46,106 nt of DNA from Eggerthella sp. CAG:368. Lineage in GTDB: Bacteria > Actinomycetota > Coriobacteriia > Coriobacteriales > Eggerthellaceae. The stretch spans positions 129,520 through 175,625 of the forward strand of contig FR895492.1 of NCBI GenBank assembly GCA_000434775.1, read 5' to 3'. Each line of letters opens with the position of its first letter. The stretch's first letter is position 1. Of the stretch, positions 17,995 to 26,790 are shown one piece after another. The notes under the pieces are model-generated. The model saw only the letters and a list, made by a program, of their open reading frames with translations, searched no databases and was not told where the DNA came from. Position numbers and translations under genes: made by a program.

Positions 17995-18246
17995 CTAAGC
18001 TTTGGATAAATTAGAATCAATTTCCTCGTCTGATACACTCATATCGAGTTCCCCCATTAAAATCTCAACCTTTTGTTGAGCGTTATTCAAACTCGCACGT
18101 AAATAGCGAAGCAGCGCAATTCCGCGCTCATATTTAACGAGACTCTCCTCAAGTTCAAGCGTATTGCTTTCGAGCTGTTCAACAATGGAATTTAACTCAT
18201 TCATTGCTTCTCTAAAGGTGAGATTTATTTCATTTTGTTCGGCCAT
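17995..18246 (-). CDS. xseB: Exodeoxyribonuclease VII small subunit
   Basis: 83 aa with LTFREAMNELNSIVEQLESNTLELEESLVKYERGIAL. The ATG directly abuts the xseA stop. Confidence 0.9.
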   Translation of the reverse strand: MAEQNEINLTFREAMNELNSIVEQLESNTLELEESLVKYERGIALLRYLRASLNNAQQKVEILMGELDMSVSDEEIDSNLSKA

Positions 18247-19683
18247 TTATTCCTCCAAGGAGACAAACTCAAAAAGCTTACTTTCGTTACTTTCTTTTAC
18301 CTGACAGAGAATTTCTCCATCTTTAACCTGGATTGAAACATCCGCACCAACCCCAACTTGATCAACGCTTTTTATGACATGACCCTGGGCATCAGTAGCA
18401 ATAGACCAACCGCGCTCTAGTGTTTTAAGAGGCGAAAGATCGTTTAGGCGCGAGGCCATAAGAGCTGCATTGTTTATCCTAGAATTAAGAAGCGTTTTTC
18501 CAATCTGCGAAAAATAACGCATGCGATACATGACCTCTGAGTTCTTATCAATAAGTATAGTTTTTCCAACTTTGTCGAGTGACCTTTCAAGCTGCTTAAG
18601 ATCAAGTTGTTTTTTCTCAAAACTATGTGGCAAAGCACGCGCAAAACGAATTTCCAACTGATTAACAGCAGTCTTTTTAGGTATAAGTGCATCTTTAAGT
18701 AGAAACTCAATACGATTACGAAAGTGATCAACCATCTGCAAATCCGACTCAAATAGCGTAAATGGATCGTTTAACGATGGTCTTGATGCAATGGAATCAA
18801 GATATACCGACGATCGCGATATGCGATGAAGCAAAGCATTCGATATACGCTTTTTTGCCTGGAAAAGAGAGTCATTTATCTCGCTTATTTGTGGTGCAAC
18901 AGATTCCGCCGCGGCTGTTGGTGTTGATGCCCTCACATCTGCAACCATATCCGCAATGGAAGTGTCTGGTTCATGCCCAATACCCGTAACAACAGGAATT
19001 GGTAGAGAAGCGATAGTTCTTGCAAGAAGTTCATCATTGAAAGGCATGAAATCTTCGAATGATCCACCCCCGCGCACTAAAAGAATGACTTCCGGCTTTG
19101 CGAGCGCCACCACATTCAACGCGTTGACAAGATTAGCAGCCGCCTGATTTCCTTCAACAGGAACTCCAGCAAACAGAATTTCAGCCATTGGGAAACGCCG
19201 TCGCAAGGTTCTAAGTACGTCAAAAACTGCCGCGCCTCTTGGTGAAGTAACGAGTCCAATTTTCGTAGGATAATTAGGGAGCGGCAATTTCGCCGACGGA
19301 TCCATTAACCCTTCGCCCTTGAGCTTTTGTGCAAGTTGGGCGACCTTCAAACGAAGATCGCCCTCTCCCGCCAGCGCAATAAAGGACACATCAAAATTCA
19401 TGCGTCCTTTTGCGGGAAAGATACTAAACCTGCCCGTCACCTCAACTTTTGCACCAATGTGAAGTTTTGCCTCACTTGCTTGATAACGGCTTTTCCAAAT
19501 TAAGCAAGGAAGGGTTGCTTTGTCATCCTTGATAGTAAAGTAAACCGCTTTATAGCCAGGTTTGTCATTAAGTTCGCTTACTTCTCCAAGAATCTTAAAC
19601 GTGTGTTCTTGGAGAAGCGATTTTGCAATAGTAAGTGCAGCAGAAACAGAGAGTGCTTCCTTTTTGGGCTTCAAAGCCTCCAT
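18247..19683 (-). CDS. xseA: Exodeoxyribonuclease VII large subunit
   Basis: 478 aa. N-terminal OB fold (ILGEVSELNDKPGYKAVYFTIKD), the catalytic region (VRGGGSFEDFMPFNDE, GIGHEPDTSIAD) and a C-terminal coiled region. Confidence 0.92.
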   Translation of the reverse strand: MEALKPKKEALSVSAALTIAKSLLQEHTFKILGEVSELNDKPGYKAVYFTIKDDKATLPCLIWKSRYQASEAKLHIGAKVEVTGRFSIFPAKGRMNFDVSFIALAGEGDLRLKVAQLAQKLKGEGLMDPSAKLPLPNYPTKIGLVTSPRGAAVFDVLRTLRRRFPMAEILFAGVPVEGNQAAANLVNALNVVALAKPEVILLVRGGGSFEDFMPFNDELLARTIASLPIPVVTGIGHEPDTSIADMVADVRASTPTAAAESVAPQISEINDSLFQAKKRISNALLHRISRSSVYLDSIASRPSLNDPFTLFESDLQMVDHFRNRIEFLLKDALIPKKTAVNQLEIRFARALPHSFEKKQLDLKQLERSLDKVGKTILIDKNSEVMYRMRYFSQIGKTLLNSRINNAALMASRLNDLSPLKTLERGWSIATDAQGHVIKSVDQVGVGADVSIQVKDGEILCQVKESNESKLFEFVSLEE

Positions 19684-19685
19684 TG

Positions 19686-20345
19686 CTATTCCTCACGTGC
19701 ACCAATCAGGTAAAGAAGCTGCAAGACTGAAACAAGAGCAGCTGCAACATAAGTTAAAGCACACGCACGTAAAACATTCCAAGAGCCAATACGCTCTGTC
19801 TCAGGAAGACCTGTTGATCCCATATAAGCTAAAGCTCGCTTACTGGCATCAAATTCGACAGGAAGCGTTACAACCTGAAACAGTACAGCAAAGGCATAAA
19901 AAATGATAGCGAGATTAACCAGACCAGCAAGGTTAAGAACAACACCGATTAAGAAGATAAAAATCCAGGTATTGGAAGTAAAATTAACGACAGGAACCAA
20001 AGCAGAACGAACCTTCATTGCAGTATACCCTTGGGCATACTGACAAGCGTGACCAACCTCATGACAGGCGGTTGCTGTAGCGGTAATAGAGGTTCCGTTA
20101 AATGATTCAGGGTCAAGCGTGATGGAATTGTCTTTAGGGTTAAAAAAATTCTGACCACGACCACCCATGCGAACTTCTACGCCTGAAACGTCATAATAGG
20201 CAAGCATTCCTGTTGCAACCTGATAGCCCGTCATTCTGGTTGAATTAGGTACGAGACTGTACTTTTTAATTTGCGAATTAACGTATGCTTGAGCACCGAA
20301 ACCGATAGCAAGCGTTACCACAATAAGCAGTATGTAAGACATCAT
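19686..20345 (-). CDS. Membrane zinc metallopeptidase, YugP-like
   Basis: 219 aa with an N-terminal TM, HEVGHACQ (HExxH) and C-terminal TM helices. This layout is recalled from the Zn_peptidase_2/YugP family. Confidence 0.8.
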   Translation of the reverse strand: MMSYILLIVVTLAIGFGAQAYVNSQIKKYSLVPNSTRMTGYQVATGMLAYYDVSGVEVRMGGRGQNFFNPKDNSITLDPESFNGTSITATATACHEVGHACQYAQGYTAMKVRSALVPVVNFTSNTWIFIFLIGVVLNLAGLVNLAIIFYAFAVLFQVVTLPVEFDASKRALAYMGSTGLPETERIGSWNVLRACALTYVAAALVSVLQLLYLIGAREE

Positions 20346-20414
20346 ATTGAACGATCTCCTTTATAAGACAAGTACTGAATTAACAGAATACTAGAACCAC
20401 ACAAGACAAAAAGA

Positions 20415-21554
20415 TTAGCGAATAATTTCCAGATTTCCGTCAGCAATTCGTAACGAAAACTTACCCTTAAGTAACTCTTTCAGTTCTTTTCCGATAACTT
20501 TATAGCGCCACCCTTTAAGCAGTTCACATTCGTCATCGTGACCACGCGCAAGCTTCATAAGCTCCGCTTGAGGAGCAAGCGTCTGAGGAGCAATATGGTT
20601 TTCACGCGCACGTAAATGCACAACAGCATTCATTAGATCTACCACTATATCAACATTGTGCTCGTTTTTGGGCTTTTCATGAACTTGAGGCAGTTGCTCC
20701 TTAGGACATGAAAGCCCTTTCTTAATACAAGCAACCGCTTGACGCGCGTTTTCAGCGCGAAGAGATTCGCGCATTCCTCTTACCATAAACAATTCATCAA
20801 TAGTTCGCGCTTCGCGTCGACACGCTTCGACAATTTGTTCGTCTGAAACGATCCACTTACGTGGAACATTGATTTTTTGAGCCTTTAACTCACGCCATGC
20901 AGCAAACTCACGAGCTGCCGCCATTTGTTGAGCATTTAGTTGATTAACTCGACGAAGCTTTCGATAACGCTCTTCAGGTTTAATTTCATATTTCTCTGGA
21001 GATGAAATTTCTTCAAACGCCTCATCGAGCCAATGAAGACGATTTTTCTCATTTAAGACTTCAACCATATCGTAGTAAATCTGGGGAAGATAAACTACAT
21101 CATCTGCCGCATACCTAATTTGAGAATCCTTCAGTGGACGTTGAGACCAATCCGTAAACGAATCTTTTTTTGGAAGATTGACCGAGCAATACGAAGAAAC
21201 CAATGAGCTATATGATGCTTGTTGACTCTTGCCCAACAAAGCGGCAGCAATCTGCGTGTCAAAAACCGGACGCGGCACAACACCCGTTTCGTGATATAGA
21301 ATTTCAATGTCCTGAGAACTCGCGTGGAAAATTTTTACAACATCAGGAGACGTAAGCGCGTCATTTAAGAGAGTTATATCTTTAATGGCAAACGGATCAA
21401 TAATTGCCACTTCACCTTCAATTGCTACCTGAATAAGACACAAACGAGCATAGTAAGTTTTCTCTCTCAAAAATTCGGTATCTATCGCCATATAAGGACT
21501 AGTACAGCAGCGCTTAACAAACGCTTTTAGTTGCGAATCATCATCTATTAACAT
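20415..21554 (-). CDS. rnd: Ribonuclease D
   Basis: 379 aa with DEDD exonuclease motifs (AIDTEF, HASSQDIE, YAADDVVYL) followed by an HRDC-like region. Confidence 0.85.
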   Translation of the reverse strand: MLIDDDSQLKAFVKRCCTSPYMAIDTEFLREKTYYARLCLIQVAIEGEVAIIDPFAIKDITLLNDALTSPDVVKIFHASSQDIEILYHETGVVPRPVFDTQIAAALLGKSQQASYSSLVSSYCSVNLPKKDSFTDWSQRPLKDSQIRYAADDVVYLPQIYYDMVEVLNEKNRLHWLDEAFEEISSPEKYEIKPEERYRKLRRVNQLNAQQMAAAREFAAWRELKAQKINVPRKWIVSDEQIVEACRREARTIDELFMVRGMRESLRAENARQAVACIKKGLSCPKEQLPQVHEKPKNEHNVDIVVDLMNAVVHLRARENHIAPQTLAPQAELMKLARGHDDECELLKGWRYKVIGKELKELLKGKFSLRIADGNLEIIR

Positions 21555-21690
21555 ACCAATAATCCCGTCGGGAACAATAAAGCATTTAATATCCTACTCA
21601 TTCTTGCTCAAGGGCAAAGACCGTTTTATTAACTTTTTCTAAAGTACGACTGGATATCATGTAATATCCATAGTAACAGAAAGGCGTTAC

Positions 21691-22620
21691 TTGAAGGTTT
21701 TAGTCATACATAATCTTGGGTCGGGATACGGAGAAGGTGCAATATATGATTTTATTCGCACCTATTCCGTGGATGGCGACTCAGTCACCATGCGTTTCTT
21801 TAACGGTATAACGCCCTTTTCCGAACTGCTAAAAGACGCTAAAGACTTTGATTTTGTAGTTGCCTGCGGCGGCGATGGAACCATTGCGACAATTAGTTAC
21901 GAACTCAGAAATACCAATATTCCTATTCTGCCTTTTCCAGCAGGAACAGCTAATCTACTGGCAATGAATTTGCTTTCACCAAGTGAGCCTCATGCGCTAA
22001 CCAAGCTCGCTGATCAGGCCAATACCATGTTATTTGATTTAGGTGAAATCGAATGCAAGGATACTAAAGTTGGTTTCACCATGATGGCAGGTTGCGGATA
22101 TGATCAGCTTATCATGAGTAATGCAAGGCGTAAAAAACGACTCTTGGGACCAATTGCCTATTTTGAAGCCGCCCTTACAAACCCTGCACCTCAAGTTTCA
22201 GAGTTCGCCATCACTATCGATGGCAAGACTATACAAAGCTCAGGTATCGGCGTGGTTCTTACCAACTTTTCTAAGATTCAGTTTGATCTTATGGTTTCCG
22301 ATAAGAATCTTCCCCGTGATGGAATGCTTGATCTTGTTGTACTCAAAACGAAAAACGCAGTGGAGCTATTGCCTACTGTTTTTGCAAAAGCGGTTGACCA
22401 TTCAGGAGACCTTGCCAAAAAAATTGGCGCTGTTGAGGTTTATCGTGGAAGAGAAATCACTATCGATGCAGAACCCGCTATGCTCCTCGAATATGATGGC
22501 GAAGCCACACAACTTTCCACTCCTTTTACAGCGCGTTGCCTTCCTGGAGCTGTTCGTTACATAGTTTCAGAAGAATGTATAAAGATGTTCGCTTCGAAAG
22601 AAAAGGCCTCCGAAGAGTAG
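21691..22620 (+). CDS. Diacylglycerol-kinase-family lipid kinase (YegS/BmrU-like)
   Basis: 309 aa with a VACGGDGT motif. The TTG start has GAAAGG 6 nt upstream. Confidence 0.85.
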   Translation: MKVLVIHNLGSGYGEGAIYDFIRTYSVDGDSVTMRFFNGITPFSELLKDAKDFDFVVACGGDGTIATISYELRNTNIPILPFPAGTANLLAMNLLSPSEPHALTKLADQANTMLFDLGEIECKDTKVGFTMMAGCGYDQLIMSNARRKKRLLGPIAYFEAALTNPAPQVSEFAITIDGKTIQSSGIGVVLTNFSKIQFDLMVSDKNLPRDGMLDLVVLKTKNAVELLPTVFAKAVDHSGDLAKKIGAVEVYRGREITIDAEPAMLLEYDGEATQLSTPFTARCLPGAVRYIVSEECIKMFASKEKASEE

Positions 22621-22673
22621 GAATAACAACCCCTGCTCTTTTTAATCATTACCGTGACGCAAACTATGTTTCT

Positions 22674-23549
22674 TTATTTTTGTAAAGGAGGCAAAGCTTC
22701 CGTTGGCATTTTTCTATTCTCATCAAGCGACTGAGCACGCATAAGTTCGCGATTCTTTTCTTCTGTCCATAAACGGTAGTTTTTTGTATATTTCATCTGG
22801 ATAAGTTCCAAAATGACCGCAAAAACCATTGCAAAATACACCATCAGCTTTTCAGCGTGCATATCCAAGATTTCAATTCCAGAGTTTATACCCAAACTAT
22901 CTAAGGTAAGCAGCACACCGATAGTCACAATGAATACCAGCGCAAGAATTTTCACTTCGGTATGAGAATTAATAAAATCCGAAATAGGATCAATAAAAGC
23001 CATCATTAAAAAGACGGCGATCATTACGGCAATAATCATAATAATGAGATGATTTGCCAAACCAACAGCAGTAATGACCGAGTCAATAGAGAACACAAGA
23101 TCCATCACCATAATAGTCGTAACAGCCTGGACCATAGTAATCGTAGTTCTCGGTCTATCAGTGTCACCTTGAGCTTCTTTTTCTTCCGTCAATCTAACAA
23201 CCGACAAAAGCTCGGTTATGCCCTTATAAATCAGATAGATTCCTCCAAAGAATAATACTAAATCACGTACTGAAAGACCGAGGGGCTCACCGCCAATCTG
23301 AATAAAGGGAATCGTAAAGAGCGGATCGGTCATATGAACCAAGAAGGAGGCAAAACAAAGGAATAAGATACGCATGAACAAAGCACCAAGAAGACCAAGC
23401 TTACGGCCTAAATGCTGCTTTTCCGCGGGAAGTCTATCGGTGGTAATGGCAATAAAAACTAAATTATCGACACCCAAAACAATCTCTAAAAACAAAAGCG
23501 TGATCAAGCTGATCCATGCTTCAGGGGTGGTAAAGATTGCTAAATCCAT
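22674..23549 (-). CDS. TerC-family integral membrane protein
   Basis: LEIVLGVDNLVFIAI and a second TerC-type repeat (LVFSIDSVITAVG). ATG 23549 (MDLAIFTT...) has GGAAGGAAAG upstream. The ORF-track start 23666 would run through the riboswitch. Confidence 0.85.
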   Translation of the reverse strand: MDLAIFTTPEAWISLITLLFLEIVLGVDNLVFIAITTDRLPAEKQHLGRKLGLLGALFMRILFLCFASFLVHMTDPLFTIPFIQIGGEPLGLSVRDLVLFFGGIYLIYKGITELLSVVRLTEEKEAQGDTDRPRTTITMVQAVTTIMVMDLVFSIDSVITAVGLANHLIIMIIAVMIAVFLMMAFIDPISDFINSHTEVKILALVFIVTIGVLLTLDSLGINSGIEILDMHAEKLMVYFAMVFAVILELIQMKYTKNYRLWTEEKNRELMRAQSLDENRKMPTEALPPLQK

Positions 23550-23568
23550 TTCTTTCCTTCCCAGCCAC

Positions 23569-23695
23569 AAAAAAAGACTCGCAGTGAAAGTGAACCCTTC
23601 ACCGCGAGTCTCGTTAATTAAGGTACGCCAGGCTTTAAAAACCATGATGTTGACGTAGCCACTCAATAGAAGAGCTAACTACTCCCCCACAGCAC
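23569..23695 (-). promoter_or_regulatory. yybP-ykoY (Mn2+) riboswitch with terminator expression platform
   Basis: The minus strand reads CUGUG-GGGGAGUAG...CGUCAACAUC...UUAAUUAACGAGAC-U-CGCGG. These blocks match the conserved GGGGAGUAG, UUGACAUA-like and UUAxCxAGAC blocks. P1 (CUGUG/CGCGG) competes with a terminator, GACUCGC (23610-23604) / GCGAGUC (23582-23576) followed by U7. It sits directly upstream of a TerC gene, the classic partner. Confidence 0.72.
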
Positions 23696-23761
23696 AGTTA
23701 TCGTATCACGGACTACGGTAAACAACGATTACAAAAAGATGACAGGCAAAAGTTCTACAAA

Positions 23762-23788
23762 AATAAAAAAGCCAACGAAGAGTTGGCT
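23762..23788 (-). terminator. Intrinsic terminator after tRNA-Gly
   Basis: The minus strand reads AGCCAAC-TCTTC-GTTGGCT followed by a T-rich tail (TTTTTATTTT). Confidence 0.6.
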
Positions 23789-23798
23789 GAAATAGTTA

Positions 23799-23874
23799 TG
23801 GAGCGGACGACGGGGTTCGAACCCGCGACCCCAACCTTGGCAAGGTTGTGCTCTACCAGCTGAGCCACGTCCGC
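23799..23874 (-). tRNA. tRNA-Gly (anticodon GCC)
   Basis: The reverse complement is GCGGACGTGGCTCAGCTGGTAGAGCACAACCTTGCCAAGGTTGGGGTCGCGGGTTCGAACCCCGTCGTCCGCTCCA. Anticodon loop TTGCCAA, encoded CCA. Confidence 0.92.
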
Positions 23875-23886
23875 ACGCAAGCAATT

Positions 23887-23914
23887 ATTATACGGGTATA
23901 ATCCAATCACGCAA
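23887..23914 (-). promoter_or_regulatory. Sigma-70-type promoter for tRNA-Gly
   Basis: -35 TTGCGT (23914-23909), a 16-nt spacer and -10 TATAAT (23892-23887). The -10 ends 12 nt upstream of the mature tRNA 5' end. Confidence 0.45.
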
Positions 23915-23971
23915 GGGTTAATTCTAATTTTTTTTAAGATACCAAAAAAGAAAGAAATTTTAAAAAAGTTC

Positions 23972-23999
23972 TTGCAACTGTCGTGGCTTTTGTTAATAT
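23972..23999 (+). promoter_or_regulatory. Sigma-70-type promoter for tRNA-Leu
   Basis: -35 TTGCAA, a 16-nt spacer and -10 TAATAT, with an A/T-rich UP-like tract upstream. It lies 19 nt upstream of the tRNA. Confidence 0.45.
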
Positions 24000-24018
24000 A
24001 GTCACTGCTGCAACGCAC

Positions 24019-24107
24019 GTCGGAGTGGTGGAACGGCAGACACGCTAGCTTGAGGTGCTAGTGCCCACTTAACGGGTGTGCGGGTTCAAATCCCGCCTCC
24101 GACACCA
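24019..24107 (+). tRNA. tRNA-Leu (anticodon GAG), long variable arm
   Basis: GTCGGAGTGGTGGAACGGCAGACACGCTAGCTTGAGGTGCTAGTGCCCACTTAACGGGTGTGCGGGTTCAAATCCCGCCTCCGACACCA. Anticodon loop TTGAGGT, class II variable arm. Confidence 0.92.
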
Positions 24108-24118
24108 GTTAAAACTAT

Positions 24119-24145
24119 AAGAGTCCCTTCGGGGGCTCTTTTCTT
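24119..24145 (+). terminator. Intrinsic terminator after tRNA-Leu
   Basis: AAGAGTCCC-TTCG-GGGGCTCTT followed by TTCTT. Confidence 0.65.
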
Positions 24146-24180
24146 ATATGTAGTACAAAAGTTCACCGATTATAACTAGG

Positions 24181-25083
24181 ATGATATCTATGCTAGCTAC
24201 AAAAAATATGCAAACCAAACGAACTGTTCAGGTTAAGCGTGTTCTTTGGATTGTTCTGTTTTTGAACCTAGGGGTAGCTTTAGCAAAATACATCTATGGT
24301 GTTATTTCGGGTTCTACCTCAATGCAAGCTGATGGTATTCATTCCGTATTTGACTCCGCAGGAAATGTAGTTGGTCTTATCGGCATTTCACTCGCAACGA
24401 AACCTGCCGATCGCGACCATCCCTACGGACACTTTAAGTTTGAAACATACGCCAGTCTCGTCATTGGAATCTTCTTACTTGTTGCAGCTGCAGAAGTAGG
24501 CTCAAGCGCCGTTACATCTCTTGTCAATCAAGAGTTCAATGCCACTGTTACACCTATCTCTTTTGCAATAATGATTATTACGCTGTTCATAAATATTTCA
24601 GTTTCTCGCTACGAATCTAAATGTGGAAGAGAACTCAACAGCGAAATACTGGTAGCTGACTCTAGACATACCCTTTCCGATGCCCTTGTATCTATTGGCG
24701 TTATTATTGGTCTCATCTTGATCCAATTCGGAATTGCCATGGCTGATGCCATCATGGCTCTTATCGTTATGGTAGCTATTTTACTCACCGCTTTTGACGT
24801 ATTCAAAACTGGCCTACAAACCCTATCTGATAAATCACGTCTTCCAGAAGAGAGAATTAGCGAAATTGTAAGTGCTATTCCGGGTGTAAGAAAACCTCAC
24901 ATGATCCGCTCACGAGGAACAACTGATGAGGTATATGTCGATCTTCATATCTTAGTTGATCCCAACATGACCGTACTCGAATCGCATGCGTTATCTGATG
25001 AAATAGAGAAACAGATCAATGACGCCTTTCCCGAAGCAAAAGATATCCTCGTTCACGTAGAACCAGACGATGGGCTTCACTGA
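24181..25083 (+). CDS. Cation diffusion facilitator (CDF) family divalent-metal efflux transporter
   Basis: 300 aa. Contains MQADGIHSVFDSAGNVVGLIG, DRDHPYGHFKFE, HTLSDALVS and a C-terminal cytoplasmic domain (VDLHILVD...HVEPDD). The exact start (24181, 24190 or 24208) is uncertain. Confidence 0.88.
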   Translation: MISMLATKNMQTKRTVQVKRVLWIVLFLNLGVALAKYIYGVISGSTSMQADGIHSVFDSAGNVVGLIGISLATKPADRDHPYGHFKFETYASLVIGIFLLVAAAEVGSSAVTSLVNQEFNATVTPISFAIMIITLFINISVSRYESKCGRELNSEILVADSRHTLSDALVSIGVIIGLILIQFGIAMADAIMALIVMVAILLTAFDVFKTGLQTLSDKSRLPEERISEIVSAIPGVRKPHMIRSRGTTDEVYVDLHILVDPNMTVLESHALSDEIEKQINDAFPEAKDILVHVEPDDGLH

Positions 25084-25179
25084 GCAACTCAAGACCCGGT
25101 GAACAACTATAACGTAGCTAGGTTCTTGAAAGATAGATTACGGTGTGGGTACCAAACTCAAAATGTTTGAGTTTGTGCA

Positions 25180-25222
25180 CTCCTGCAACCATGAGTGCGC
25201 TCTGCAGTCATGGTTGCAGGAG
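25180..25222. repeat. Perfect 15-bp inverted repeat in the convergent CDF/LysR gap
   Basis: CTCCTGCAACCATGA (25180-25194) pairs with TCATGGTTGCAGGAG (25208-25222) around a 13-nt loop, with no U-tract. It is flanked by two further hairpins at 25153-25175 and 25291-25318. Confidence 0.5.
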
Positions 25223-25294
25223 CCTGAAAGCTTTCTCGAATTAGCCTCACTTATTAGCGCGCTTCTTCTTGCTTCCCAAGCACCCAACAAGAAC

Positions 25295-26260
25295 CTACTC
25301 CGTCTCAGGAGTAGGTTCTGGCTCAAAGTAGGTACTAACGGTAGGGTTTGCGCTAATAACCTCACGTAGCTTTTTTATATAACGCTGAGCTAAATCACTG
25401 AATTCAAGATGAGCATGACTCAAATAACCAACCGTCATGGTCTCATCCGCTTCAAGCGGAATTGCCACGATACCTTCGTTCATTTCATCAGATAAAACAC
25501 CCGTCGAGATAGTAAAGCCATTGTGATTGGTTAAAAGGTTTGTGAGAGTGCCACGATCTGAATAGGTTATTTCTTGCCGATGAGGTAATTGTCCCAGTGG
25601 CTCCTCAGAATAGAAAAACGAATTATTACTACCCTGCTCAAAAGAATAACGAGGATAATCCTCTAAATCCTTCGGAGTAACCTTTTCATACGAGCTCAAA
25701 GGATGGTTTTCACCGACAAAAACATGAGGTTTTGCTTCAAATAAAGGAGTAAAGGCTAAGTCTGCGTCATTGAAAATTTTGGTGAGAACCTTTCGGTTGA
25801 AATTGCTTAAATATAAAATTCCAATTTCACTACGATAGCTTTTAACGTCTTCAATGATCTCATTGGTACGTGTTTCACGAAGAGCAAATTCATATTCCTC
25901 CTCATCGCATTCCTCGGCAAGCTCAACAAAGGCTTTGACGCTAAAAGCATAATGTTGAGAAGAAACTGATAGCTTTCCTGCTTGACCGTGAAAGGAAGAG
26001 GTATAACGAGACTCAAGTAAATTAACCTGCTCAAGAATCTGACGCGCATACCCAACAAACTCTGTTCCTTCGTTTGTAAGGGTAATTCCTCGATTAGTTC
26101 GATTGAATATTTCTATCCCCAACTCACGCTCAACATCTTTAATAGAAGAAGAAAGTGTTGGCTGAGAAATGTAGAGATTTTGACTAGCAGCGTTAATGGA
26201 ACCACATTCCACGACTTCAATAATAAAGCGTAGTTGCTGAAGAGAAATATTGATATTCAT
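25295..26260 (-). CDS. LysR-family transcriptional regulator
   Basis: 321 aa. N-terminal wHTH (LQQLRFIIEVVECGSINAASQNLYISQPTLSSSIKDVERELGIEIFNR) plus a LysR substrate-binding-type C-terminus. Confidence 0.9.
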   Translation of the reverse strand: MNINISLQQLRFIIEVVECGSINAASQNLYISQPTLSSSIKDVERELGIEIFNRTNRGITLTNEGTEFVGYARQILEQVNLLESRYTSSFHGQAGKLSVSSQHYAFSVKAFVELAEECDEEEYEFALRETRTNEIIEDVKSYRSEIGILYLSNFNRKVLTKIFNDADLAFTPLFEAKPHVFVGENHPLSSYEKVTPKDLEDYPRYSFEQGSNNSFFYSEEPLGQLPHRQEITYSDRGTLTNLLTNHNGFTISTGVLSDEMNEGIVAIPLEADETMTVGYLSHAHLEFSDLAQRYIKKLREVISANPTVSTYFEPEPTPETE

Positions 26261-26296
26261 AGAGATTCCTTACGTTGTACACGCTTAAACATTGCA

Positions 26297-26330
26297 TTAA
26301 AAAAGGTCAGAACCATCACAGATTCTGACC
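26297..26330 (-). terminator. Intrinsic terminator after tRNA-Val
   Basis: The minus strand reads GGTCAGAA-TCTGTGATGG-TTCTGACC followed by TTTTTTAA. Confidence 0.6.
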
Positions 26331-26339
26331 TGATATTCA

Positions 26340-26414
26340 TGGTGGGCGGTACTGGGATCGAACCAGTGACCCCTACCGTGTCGAGATAGTGCTCTCCCGC
26401 TGAGCTAACCGCCC
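26340..26414 (-). tRNA. tRNA-Val (anticodon GAC)
   Basis: The reverse complement is GGGCGGTTAGCTCAGCGGGAGAGCACTATCTCGACACGGTAGGGGTCACTGGTTCGATCCCAGTACCGCCCACCA. Anticodon loop TCGACAC. Confidence 0.92.
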
Positions 26415-26481
26415 TTACTATGCTGAAGAAATCTTCAGCGGTTGATAAGTCTACCAGATTAGTAGCGCTCGTCAACTAGTT

Positions 26482-26736
26482 TTAAGAAGCAATCGTTCCT
26501 TGAGGATACACGACCATCAGAACAATCAAAGAAACCAAGAATACTGCTGCAAGAATAATTGTGATGCGAGTAAGGTTTTTCTCAACGATGCTCATTCCTT
26601 GTTGATTGTTATACATAGAGCTTGCGATCATATCTGAAACACCCGTACCTTTACCTGAGTGCATAAGGACGAAGATCACAAGACCAACACCAGAAATAAC
26701 CAACAAGATACTAAATATGATAGCTACAACAGACAA
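26482..26736 (-). CDS. secG: Preprotein translocase subunit SecG
   Basis: 84 aa with two TM helices and LMHSGKGTGVSDMIASS. The TTG start has AGGAAG 5 nt upstream. It occupies the conserved position after tpiA/gpmI. Confidence 0.85.
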   Translation of the reverse strand: MSVVAIIFSILLVISGVGLVIFVLMHSGKGTGVSDMIASSMYNNQQGMSIVEKNLTRITIILAAVFLVSLIVLMVVYPQGTIAS

Positions 26737-26790
26737 AGTTTCTTCCTAACATACATACTGCCATACAAACACATCATTATGCCAAAGTTC

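Noticed and set aside
25138-25369. Mirrored 75-aa (minus) and 74-aa (plus) ORFs in the CDF/LysR gap
   Set aside because: Both are artefacts of the three palindromic hairpins. They have no SD and mirror each other.
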